DNA of 64,000 nucleotides from Dicyema japonicum (lineage: Eukaryota; Animalia; Dicyemida): contig RDEW01000034.1 in NCBI GenBank assembly GCA_011109175.1, forward strand, positions 325,481-389,480. Direction: 5' to 3'. Below are positions 12,967 to 23,834 of this stretch, one piece after another. Numbering within the stretch: position 1 is the first letter of the stretch; each line of letters starts with the position of its first letter. A program made the position numbers and the translations under genes. Below the pieces are notes generated by a model, which searched no databases, was not told the DNA's origin, and saw nothing but the letters and a program-made list of their open reading frames with translations.

Positions 12967-14340
12967 CTATCCTCTGATAACTGCAATTAGAAGAAATTTG
13001 ATAGTTTTATATTAGGTAGATGACATGCCTCCACTACTTCGGAAACATCTCTATATGACTGGAGAGCCTCTTCCATTATCAACTTGGGAGAAGAATCTCT
13101 GATGGAGATTACCTTATGTCTTATTGCTTCCAACACATCTTCAAAAACAAGGGATCGTCTCACCTTCGCTCACGAAAGAGCCCTTCCAGCTTTTGATACG
13201 TGTTCCAAATAACTCAGAAAAACCAAGCCTGTCCTAGTCAGCACATAAGTTCACGTGCCCATCGTCCTGGGGTAGCCAGTCAACTACAAATATAAACTCT
13301 AGCAAACTTCGTAATCAACAGAAGTCAAAGGATGATGAGGCGGAAAGGGTCGGGTTGATCTCATCCGTCACCCATCAACCTCAAGTATCAAACCGTTTGT
13401 AGAAAGCCATCAAATAAAAGTGGACAAAACCTGCAGGTAAAGAAAGGTCATCGAGTACCGGTTCACCAAGGAATAGTTGGCCGCTGCAGGAATCATCTTT
13501 AAATAGTTCTGGTCTTCTTCTGAACTGATCCTTGCACATGCCAGTTGAGGGTAATTCACATAAATCTGGTCTTTTCTCATAGACTTGCCCATTTCAAACA
13601 CAGAATCTTGGTTGAATCAAAAAAAGTAGCAACTTAGTGACCCAGTTCCCGACTTCATCACACAGAATTGACTTACTCTGTCGATCCCCATCTTGGAGGA
13701 TGCAAATTTGTCGTAAATTGAAATCCACTGCTCACAATGCTCCTTATCTTCAGCCGATGAATATCCTTGGGTGACTATAGAGCTTCAAATCTTTTCTGAT
13801 TCTTCAATCCATGCCCATCAATAGAGACTCTCAAGATCCCTGAATTATAAGGTAAACAACTTGGCTGCCATTGGAACGACACCACGTGACCCTAATCCGA
13901 CAGGGATGTGGTCAAAAAGTGCCTGGGATAGCTGTTCCTTTGAGGTTCGACGTCCTTCTCGCTCAAATTGGTCCTGATTAGCCGAATTCCACAGTTTATC
14001 TGGAATCCAACTCCACCGGGGAGACCATGACATTAGAATCCGTCATAACAAAAGCTATCGTGTTTCCTACATTGAATCCGTATCCCGAATGAATGTCTGG
14101 CAGCCCAATGTAGTTCTGGAATTATTCTAGAACTGTACCTTGACTATGCCAGGCAGATTTGTTATTGAAGGAAGAAATCCACTACTTCCCTCTACTCAGA
14201 GTAGTGACGTAATTCATCAAACAAATTTTTCTACGGGATTTCTTGACGTGTAATAGCCTTCCACTATGAAACTGATTAATGTTTTATACATTCATCTGAA
14301 ACTGCAGTCCATTCAATATTTCCATGATATGCATTTTCCC
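12967..14340 (-). pseudogene. RTCB: RNA-splicing ligase RtcB (animal type) pseudogene retaining ultrashort introns
   Basis: [79 protein letters not shown]-stop(TAG 12967-12969). GT-AG introns at 14264-14289 (26 nt), 14116-14138 (23), 13840-13860 (21), 13284-13307 (24). Has frameshifts, stops and internal deletions. Confidence 0.93.
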
Positions 14341-14559
14341 CTTTTAGAATTGTAATTTTTCCTAATGTGTTAAAACAACCATGAAACTGGCTAATGTTAG
14401 CGATTTTAAATGCCGAATTTATTATTATTATAACACCAGAGACCACTAAAGCCAAATTATAAATAATTAAACTTTTAAATTTTAAATATTGTGTTCATTA
14501 AATTTTATGTATCGATAATTTATAAAAAAAAATACATCCGAAACCTTTCAGCATCAACA

Positions 14560-15170
14560 ATCGTCTATTCAGAACTAAACCAACCCATAACAAAATATTT
14601 TTATTGCCGAACAAATTTAGAAGCCATCGCTCACTACAAAACTCCCGTGCCTGTGGCCCTGATGGAGTATCTTTAAGTCATTTGAAATACTCGGGGCCAT
14701 AGCAAAAGTGACAATCACAAATACACAACAATTAGAACAACACCCTCTGTAACCCCATATGGAGCACGACGATGATTTCGATTAATATTCAAAAGGCTTT
14801 TTTACTCTGTCTCGGGGACGCAGCGGACAAAATGTTTGATACCAATATTCACCATAATGTTAAACTCTGGTTAGAAAACCTGGAAGAGTATTCATGGAAA
14901 AGAGCAAGTAGATATCCTGACTGCTATCAAATAAAGTCCTACAGAGCTCCCCAAATTCACCGATTTTGTTTAATTTATTTCTTTATGACGTCCCCCAGAT
15001 TGATGATTCCGACACGCCATTCCTGCTCTACCCCTCCCATTATGTGCTCATAGCCATTTCAAAGAATCCTAATATCCTAGGATACCATACAACAAATTGA
15101 TAAACTTCATAAGGTACTCAGACCAACTCCTAACGAAAGAACTAGATGTGAATATCCTCAAGGTAATTGC
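14560..15170 (+). mobile_element. LINE RT fragment (I/Ingi/Jockey-like)
   Basis: EAIAHYKNSRACGPDGVSL-like domain 0 (frameshifted); ISINIQKAF; TNIHHNVKLWLENL. Confidence 0.65.
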
Positions 15171-15475
15171 TAGGAAATGTCCATAACACCATTAGACTGC
15201 ATATACAACATTGAATATGCTTGTGCCATTTGAGTTGACGATTGATAAAATTGTTCTCGGAGGACTACGCTCTAGTATTTTTTTGCTCCGAGGGCTCGGC
15301 ATGCGTAGACACAAAGTCGTGTATATTTTAGATCCAGGTGCTGTCGTAGTGGATTTAAATAATTAACAGCTAATCAAATGTATCCAACCCCAAGGTCAGA
15401 AAATCAGAGACCTTTTAATATCAAACAAATTTATCAATCATCAGAAAAAACGCATGCAGTCCTAATAGGTATATG

Positions 15476-16296
15476 ACCTTTCCAGTTGAGCGGGAGAGAG
15501 CGAATGATTTTCTTAGTCCCAACCAGTACTGGAATAACTTAGGAGATGGATTGTATGAATAAGACTACTGGATGATTCTACAATGATATAGATCATGTTT
15601 TTGTTGCTTAAAGTGAAATTTTTGTATAGTGTGTATTCACTTAAGTCTTAGCGAATCTTCTGGTTATTTGAGTGAATCTCACTCGCCAGGGCGGCCGCAG
15701 TCCGGCCATTTGTTTATTATATTTTGCATTAATAAATAATTTATTGACTTAATTTTTTATTCACTGAATAAAGAAAAATTAGCCGGGTGGCGTAGTGGTT
15801 AGGTGTCGGGCTTAAGTGGCTTAGGCTACGTGTTCGAATCTCGCTGCTGTTCACCTGGTGGAAGGTTCCACGCATCTACGATGCAGAAATGGTTTGACGA
15901 GTGACGCCGTCATCAGTGAATACTCACTGCGGAACTGGATTTGTCTAAAAAGGACACTCACACAAGAAAAAGAAAAAAAAGAAGTGAAGATCATTCCTTG
16001 GTTCTACGATTAGTTAAAATTAACTGTTCTTTACTTAAATAAAGTGTGTGTCCTGCCTATGCGGAGCTATAAAATACTATGGCTCTCGTGAAAAGGCTTA
16101 AAAAAATTAGAAAAATTATCAAAGAAAATGAAATTATCCATTAGTTTACTATTCTGGACAATACGTTGCGGATACTTTGAAAGATATGATATGTGCAATC
16201 TTCATTTGAAATGATTTGTTTAATTCACCACCCATATTTTAAAAATTAGTCGATTAACTAAATTTTAGTGATTAACAAAGTAAAAGAGTAAATTTT
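15476..16296 (+). repeat. Segmental duplication, copy 1 (contains a SINE A insertion)
   Basis: About 500 bp highly similar to 21237-21737 once 15783-16110 is removed. Confidence 0.92.
15783..16101 (+). mobile_element. tRNA-derived SINE family A, full-length with TSD
   Basis: A box tggcgtagtgg 15788-15798; B box gttcgaatc 15832-15840; flanked by aaaaattag (15774-15782 and 16102-16110); absent from the paralogous site near 21540. Confidence 0.9.
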
Positions 16297-16950
16297 AAAT
16301 GGAGTCCGTCACGGATCCCCACTATCCCCAGCCTTTTTCAATCTATACATAAACGACATGGCACAAACCTGTAATGAAAACAGACTAATCTTCCCCGATG
16401 CCGATGATATTATAATTGCCTCCAAGGACAGAAGCATTCAATCAGCGACTCAGTACGCTCAACAAATTCTTGAAAAGTTGGAACTAATTCTCTCGAAGAT
16501 GCGAATCGACGCATCAGCAACAAAGCCTTCTGTCACGCTGTTTACCACTTAAAAAAGACAGCTCTGTGTAAAACCTAAATTCTTTATGAAGAACGAGGCA
16601 ATTCCTATCAACAAAACATCGAAAATACTTGGATTCACATTTGATCAGGGACTGACCTTTATCCGACATGTTGAGAACATAGTATCTTTTTCTCTGAAGA
16701 AAATAAGAATTTTAAAAGTGCTCTCAAAAACACTTAGAGACCAAACTGGTGGCCTTGCAACGATTTATGAACAACTTATCCGACCATGATGACGAATGCA
16801 AGTTCTCTGTGGACAATGCAGATTTCACGATTCTCCTCATTGAAACTATCTGCATTCGAGGATACCGCAATAAAGATAATTGGACAAGAAAAATCCAGCC
16901 CATTGAAATTCTCTAAATCGAATTACAACAGGAATTTTTAAAGGAGGCTA
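16297..16950 (+). mobile_element. LINE RT fragment (I/Ingi/Jockey-like)
   Basis: NGVRHGSPLSPAFFNLYINDM, DADDIIIAS, SKILGFTFDQGLTF, LATIYEQLIRP. Confidence 0.85.
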
Positions 16951-17169
16951 GTTTACCAAACTACCCTCTATTCCATACACAATCGAAATATTTACAATCA
17001 TACAAAAATTTTGAGCCGATGCCATATCTAATGAGAAGGGCTGTTCAGGATTTTCGACCATGCTGGACTCGTCTTCTGGGATCACTTAGTTAGTTGAGAA
17101 CTTTTTATTTCTTTTCTTTGACCAACTGATCTTAGACGTAATAATTATAATTATGTCTCCGGTGGAATA

Positions 17170-17690
17170 AAAAGATGGATTTGTTTTTCTATCATATTAC
17201 TTGATTGTTTTGACAAATCATCGCTAAACCACCTGTGTGGATAGCCTCTCTCCTTCCAACCTTATTATGACAACAACTATCCCAGGCTCTGCTTCGCAGA
17301 AGGCTGAAACCCTATAGCTGAAGAAATACTATATCTCGGTGGATAGTTCATTTTTGACCAGTAGCCGTGGAAACGTCGAAATTTAAAGGAAGTAGGTCGT
17401 TGATTCTGCTAGATAGAATCAGATCTCTTGTCGCTGATAAATTCTAGGTCAATTTAAGCAAAATCGATTGTTATAATTTATATAGAAGGTTGCTCAATAT
17501 CGATATCATTGACATAAGCAATCTTAAAAAAGTTTTGAGGCCCTATGACTTCACTCGTCTTGGCGACAACAGTCTGCTTATAAAATCTGGTTAGACGCTT
17601 TTGTAATAGATTATTTAAGTTCTCTAACTCTAAATATATGTATGCCGATGCCACATTGTGAATCAGACTTTTCAAGAGAGAATAAAAAAA
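17170..17690 (-). mobile_element. Probable Penelope-like element RT remnant
   Basis: FYKQT (cf. FYKQxxGxAMG), AYVNDI (cf. RYVDD), ERGYPHRWF (cf. NGYPxxF); heavily decayed. Confidence 0.45.
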
Positions 17691-17906
17691 CTATGATCCT
17701 GTCTGGGCGCATTCCATAATCACGATGTCAGAAAAAAAGTTGAAAATGCAATAGACCATGACTACTTAAGAGACAAAACAAGAAAAGAGAAACTTGAAAG
17801 AGAATAATTACGAAATTATTATAAACGTGCTTGGAGATTTTAAAATAAAAAAACAACGAGAAAATTAATTGCATTTAAAAAATAGGAATATATTCATTTG
17901 GTCTTA

Positions 17907-19020
17907 TTATATTTCGGCATTTTTGACAAATGTGATGACTCCAATTATTGTAAGTGTTAGAACAGATAGCATAATTCCTATAATTATAAAAATTTTTGAA
18001 TGATTAGAATTTGTATTTTTTTCAGGAGTTACTTCTTCAAAACACTCTGACTCTAAAATTCAGGAAAAATCAAACCTTTTCCAGTATAATGGGATTTAAA
18101 ATCACTCCGAATAATTTGTGCCTTAAATGATGAAAATTCAGCATATATGTCATCAGAAAATTTAGTGAGAGACAATTTTAAGTTACAGGAATTTCCAACA
18201 TCAATCAATTTGCTCTTATTAGGACTCCAAGACCCATTATAGATTTTATTGATGACTATTTGAATATTGGAGATATAATATTTGTTTTGAGACAAAATAA
18301 ATGTATAAAGTATTTCTAAATAATTCCCCTTAAGAGATAACTCAACACTATTGTTATCAAAATTAATCTTCGAATCCAGATTCTCGTAAACTAATGACAA
18401 ATTATCAAACTAATATTAAATTATACAATTTACCATTTTAACAGTGTGATCATAAAAAAGTGTGATTCTAAAATTTCCACTTAATATTCCTTTCAGTCGA
18501 TTTTCCTCAATAAAATACCAATATTGAAGATTTGGATCGTTTGCTGGATCACAGTCATGTGCTAAATTAAATTATGTCAAACCTTTTCCAATAAAATATG
18601 GATATGATTGTTTATTGTAGTATTTATCACCAAAGAATATAATGTGAGAGTATTACCATTCCCAAAACTTACGGACATATATCCGCATCTGTAATATTTT
18701 CCATGTTTAATATTTGGAAGATTTGTTGTATTTGTGTAGGTTTTATTATCTTTGAGTGTTAACTATTAAATACTAGAATTTAATTCTATTTGTATTGAGA
18801 TGTTGTAAAATTTGTCTGAGAATTCAATAAAAAATTGGTACATCAAGTACTTTGTTTTTATTGTAATTGGCATTTTATCATAAAAGTAGTGAGAAATAGT
18901 TTCAATTGAATAATTGTTTTTCTACCATTATTATTTATAAAATACATTTGTAAGTGTACTTTTCAATAAACTTTTTACATATACCGACATTCGATTTTTA
19001 AAGTTGAAATTCGTGATTGA
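17907..19020 (-). CDS. Orphan single-pass membrane protein gene with ultrashort introns (weak cadherin-like motif); 5' part frameshifted or unresolved
   Basis: Removing GT-AG introns 18562-18582 (21 nt), 18410-18433 (24 nt) and 18053-18075 (23 nt) gives an open frame of about 200 aa: PYFIGKAHDCDPANDPNLQY...FDNLSLVYENL...YTGKESECFEE...KIFIIIGIMLSVLTLTIIGVITFV (TM)...stop 17907-17909. Further candidate intron at 18750-18773. Confidence 0.65.
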
Positions 19021-19794
19021 GGACAAAAATATTAACAACAACATAAATATGTAAAATGAACACCTCGATGTGTATAATTTAAGTCACTTGTTATATTAAT
19101 GAATTTTTTTTTAATAATTTGAAACAAATGATATTTATTTTAATTTTATAATTATATTTATTTTCATGAATTCATTGATCAAGAAAGTCCTATTCATACT
19201 GCAATGTTAACCGTCTTTAATAATTTCATGGTATTTTATCGAAATCCACAATAAGTCCTTCTGTTTTGGAGGAATCTTTAATGATCGAAGGAAAACTTAA
19301 TCAGCGATATTCGTAAATTATCAAAATAACTATTTTATGACAGAATCGAATAAATATTTGTTGCCAATTGAGTTAATATATCTTTAAATTGAAAACGTAT
19401 TTTCTTTAAATCGTTAAGAGAAATGGGATCTCAATTATGAGACTGGCCACTAGTTGTTTACTGTTTGTTTTTGTATTAAAACGTTTTTATTCAAAAAAAG
19501 ATTAATGCTAGGAGAATAATCTGAAGTGAATTGAATATAAAAAGTTAAACCAGCATTAACAAATAATACAGATGTTCATTAATAGGTGGCATAAAAGGAA
19601 TTTATACACAAATCGTTAATTCATACACGAATTCATTATTAAATTTTTGTTGTTTTTATGTGCTTCAAGTGGATAGGATAAGATAGTAAATTGGTTAATT
19701 GGTCGGACCTCCATTCCACTAATTGTCTCTTAATACCTACTATGTCTCCCGTGGAATGATTATTTCGATGTGTTTTTCTCAAATCTTCGTATTC

Positions 19795-20450
19795 TTATCT
19801 TAGCAAATCAGCCTAATCCGCTTTATCTCCAAGATTGCTGAGAGAATTATCTTCAAGAGACTAAACGAACACATAGAAGAGAGCTGTTTCCTCCTCGCTG
19901 AACAATGTGGCTTCAGACCCTGAAAATCCTGAACGGATTGTCTCCATTACATGCATTCGATGGTACTGAGAGGCCTGGAATTCAAGAGGCGAACCTGATG
20001 TGTTTGGACCTGTCCAAGCCTTCGATAGCGTGTGGCATGAATCCCTCCTGACAAGGCTAGCGGCTGCTAGCATCCAAAAGAAACTCTACACATGGATAAA
20101 AGACTTCTCAACACGACGTACATTCCGAGTACGTGTTGGGGCATATATATCAAAGGATATCCTATGGAAAATGGGCGTTCCACAAGGCTCTATCTTGAGC
20201 CCGCTTCTGTCTAAGGTGTTTCATTCTCATTTCCCTACTCCGCCGGATGCAAACACCAAACTGATAATTTACGCAGATGATATTCTGATTACGGATACGT
20301 CGAAGAAGTCAATTCTATCTGAAAGAAAAATCAAGTCATTCATTGACCAAGTGCAAGATCGGTGCTCCAAGAGAGGGATGAGACTCTTTACTGACAAGTC
20401 CAGATACTTGAGAGTTAGTCGTCTACGGAGACATCGTACGCAGCCCTAAT
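19795..20450 (+). mobile_element. LINE RT domain fragment (Jockey/I-like)
   Basis: KIAERIIFKRL, EQCGFRP, AFDSVWHESLL, GVPQGSILSPLL, IIYADDILI. Confidence 0.9.
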
Positions 20451-20459
20451 CGCTTTGTA

Positions 20460-20870
20460 TTCCAAAAGTAAATTAACTCCGCTACCTCGGGATAGTTATC
20501 GATGGAGGAGGTTCTTTCTAGACGACGTACTCCCAACTCATTCCGTCAGTTCTGTGTTCGACAATAAAACTTCTATCTACCTGACAGAATCCCTATTAAG
20601 GAATCCCCGCAAAACATCGATAAGCTTACCTAGACCAATTATGTCAAAAATTCTCGACATGTCGATCCCCAAAATTGTAGTCGCACTCTCAAATTTTGAT
20701 AAGTGGCACAACGCCACCTATGCCCCCAGACAACATTAGCGGTAGATCTGCCTGTCCTGAATCTACTGTGGCTCGATGACAGGAATTCATTCACATGCTT
20801 TGCACACGATCCAGCACCACTAGAGCAAAAACTTATCTTAGCGTATTGAGTAGGATGACTGGGCACATGT
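20460..20870 (+). mobile_element. Probable Penelope-like C-terminal/GIY-YIG remnant
   Basis: ISLP/YLDQLCQKF (cf. ISLPYxGxxSxKL) and IYCGS...LHTIQHH (cf. YVGxTxRxLxTRIxEH) across frameshifts. Confidence 0.4.
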
Positions 20871-20879
20871 TTTTCACAA

Positions 20880-21300
20880 GGCCCGTCCTTTTATTCGGTT
20901 TTTAATCGGCACCAGAATTCCTTTGACAAACGGAGGAAGGTGGCCACGATTTCCCCAGGGTTTTGGGGCCGTAATTTAGCACTTATGCTATCCGGTCCTG
21001 ACGAGCGATTGCACTTCAGTCTCTCAATCGCTTTCATTACTTCTCCCACCGTGATTTCATTTAAAAAGATTTCCTGCATTACTAGTGATTAGGTCCACCT
21101 TTTCTCCGTCAACGTCAAAGAGTCGTTCAAAATGAGCAGCAATAAGTTCGGCTTGTTCCGTAGCGTCAAAAATCATATTCCTTTGTTATCTTGAATTTGT
21201 AGTTTGCCCTTTTGGTTCCTCCTCTTAAGTGAAAGAACCTCTCCAGTTGAGCGGGAGAGAGCGAATGATTTTTCTTCGTCCCAACCAGCACTGGAATAAC
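20880..21300 (-). mobile_element. LINE RT N-terminal fragment
   Basis: EITVGEVMKAIERLKCNRSSGPDSISAKL (domain 0); EQAELIAAHF upstream. Confidence 0.75.
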
Positions 21301-21737
21301 TTAGGGAGATGGATTGCATGAATAAGACTACTGGATGATTCTACAATGATATAAATCATGTTTTTGTTGCTTAAAGTGAAATTTTTGTATAGTGTGTATT
21401 CACTTAAGTCTTAGCGAATCTTCTGGCTATTTGAGTGAATCTCACTCGCCAGGGAGGCCGCAGTTCGACCATTTGTTTATTTTATTTTGCATTAATAAAT
21501 AATTTATTTACTTAATTTTTTATTTACTGAATAAAGAAAAATTAGAAAAATTAGAAAAGAAAATGAAATTATCCATTAGTTTACTAATTCTGGACAATAC
21601 GTTACGGATACGTTGAAAAACCCTACATATGGATATGTGCAATCTTCATTTGAAATGATTGTTCATGTCACCACCAATATTTTAAAAATTAGTCGATTAA
21701 TAAATTTTAATGATTAACAAAGTAAAGAGTAAATTTT
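21237..21737 (+). repeat. Segmental duplication, copy 2 (no SINE)
   Basis: Paralog of 15476-16296; includes a CRE-like 3' end (xIFWLFExISLA) near 21415-21460. Confidence 0.92.
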
Positions 21738-21759
21738 CCAATTACGGATTTTAAAAACA

Positions 21760-23290
21760 TGTCTGAACTCTTGGATGGACTCTCGATGTTGAAGAGTTCA
21801 ACTTTTCTTCTTTTATTGGAACAGAGAATGACAAAATTTTGCAAGAAATGTGGTGGGAATTGTGGTTATCAAAGATTATTGATTTGAAAGTCCACCTGAT
21901 ATGAAGGAATTCATTTCGATTATTAATTTTTATACTTCAAGGCAGGTCTTGCAAACCACGTAACTGATTTATTTTCTCTTAGCATCTGGAACTTACTATA
22001 AAGATAAAAAACCTGAACTTGCATTAAAATTGGGAGAATTGGATAAATCTGGAATTATATGTCTTTGGAGTTGATCCACCAAGATTCCTTAATTGTGGTA
22101 GAGATTGATTTGAATTAAATTTAACAAAATCCAAGGGAAGTATTCTCGAGGATTTGGAACTACTGGATTACTTGAATAAAATAAAGAGCAGTATTCAAAT
22201 CATTAGAAAATCATTAAGCCAGTCCAAGCAATTTCATCAGGTCTAATCAAAAGAGAGGTCGATTTTCACGGAATTTCCAGAATTTGGCGTATCGGTTTAT
22301 TTCCCAATGGACGAGCTTTATAAACTGAATAATACGTATTCTTTCAGTTTAAACGCATTTCTTTATCCAGAAATCTCTTCATCGTGTTCTGTACTCTTTC
22401 ATTAACCATTTCTAGAGAAACTAAAAAGGCTCTGATGAATATAATCAGCTTTATAGCCATATCAGGAATTATTGTCGGAGACATTGAACATGTCTTCACT
22501 ATACGATGATGACAGTTTGACATTTGGATTATATTTCGTGCACTTAGTTCATCCACAATTGTTCGGAAACTCGGTAAGACGCGTGTTTTAGCGTTTATTA
22601 AGGAATGGGAGATGTTTAATCAGATTGTGGATAGTTTTAAGACTCTGGAGGCAGCAAAAGTTCAAGTTGGATTATAGAAGGCCGTCGATTAAAACATTGA
22701 AAGTATTCTGAAATAGGAAAAAATAGGAAAATTTACCTGAATTTTACTCCTGCTTGAAATTGGAGAATGAAGGACTGTGGAATCGTCACAATGTGAAAAT
22801 GAGTTCCCCAGCCTCAAGAAAATCTCATCCTTCCAAAAATGCTTACTAATTCAATCTCTCAGACCTGATCTCTTCAAACTGCCTTCAATGGATTTGTCTT
22901 TCTTCCATCTTTTTAACTTACAAAATATTTCAGGGATCCCTGATTTATCGTCTGGCATTATGATGTTAGCGAAATATATGAGCAGGTCACCACGTCGACC
23001 AGCCATTCATTATTTATAATATCTCCGGGATCTGATCCTTCTTTGGAACTCCTGGAATTGGGAATTACCACCAGGTTTGTCTGTGGTGAACTAATTGGCT
23101 AGATTCCGTTGGCACAAGGGCAGTGTGAAATTGCAGTGACTTGCTTACACAAGTAGTCTAAAAGCGGAGATTGGGCATGCCTCAAAAATCTTGATCTTGT
23201 AACTCAATGGTTGCCTCTTTAGAGAAGGTATTACATTTTGAGAATTAACAGGAGCTCACATCTCTGAAGAATGAAATTCAGATTTTCGTA
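21760..23290 (+). pseudogene. DYNC2H1: Cytoplasmic dynein-2 (IFT) heavy chain fragment, AAA5-AAA6 region, decayed and intron-retaining
   Basis: FNFSSFIGTEND; GSILEDLELLDYLNK; KLNNTYSFSLNAFL; LTFGLYFVHLVHPQLF|EWEMF; SSFQKCLLIQSLRPD; ISPGSDPS; YHQ|IPLAQGQ; GDWACLKNLDLVTQWLPLLEK|ELTSL. GT-AG introns at 22574-22602 (29 nt), 23075-23102 (28 nt), 23228-23251 (24 nt); stops, frameshifts and deletions. Confidence 0.88.
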
Positions 23291-23834
23291 TTTTTATAAT
23301 AATAAATATTTATTAACAAAAAGTTAAGGAGTTTTCTGGAAGGTATTACATCAGAGACTTGGACTCCACACCTGGACCCTTCCTCATTTTTAAAATTTTT
23401 TTCAGAACGTTTCTTCCAGTTTTATATATTTGTGCTGGATCTTTGATATCCTCCTGAAACCATTGATCTGATCCTCCACAATCCTACTGATCGGTTCTAA
23501 CAGCTTGTCGTTTTCGCCTAGACAGTCTCTCAGTTTCTTATCTAAGGAGAGCTTAATTGCAGCTCTCCTTGACTTCTCTAAAGGGATAAGATCTTTTTGG
23601 AGAGAAGAACCACCCCTCGACCCATAGTAGGCTAGGGAGAATAACTCCCTTGAAGATGAACAGGTAGGTTTCACGACTAACGTGTAACTTTTGTGTACAT
23701 AAGAGCGACTGAAAAAATTTCTTCCTCCTCTCCCTTTATGAATTCTTAATCTCCTACGTGTCCATAGTCGACTCTCAGGTAGCACAGACTGCGTTCATTG
23801 TTCACCCCCAGTGGTATTCTTTTTTCAGATGAGT

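Noticed and set aside
15783-15850. Functional tRNA gene
   Set aside because: A and B boxes are present but no convincing acceptor or anticodon stems; it continues into a repeated body flanked by a TSD, so it is a SINE head.
21760-23290. TAA/TAG read as Gln (ciliate or diplomonad code) to explain stops in dynein and RTCB
   Set aside because: The TAG before IPLAQGQ is an intron acceptor; other stops align with non-Gln residues; TAG/TAA terminate RTCB and the Tc1 ORF at their conserved ends; frameshifts are present regardless.
23402-23785. 127-aa ORF as a protein-coding gene
   Set aside because: No recognisable motif; alternative frames look equally coding-like but contain stops; probably decayed TE DNA.
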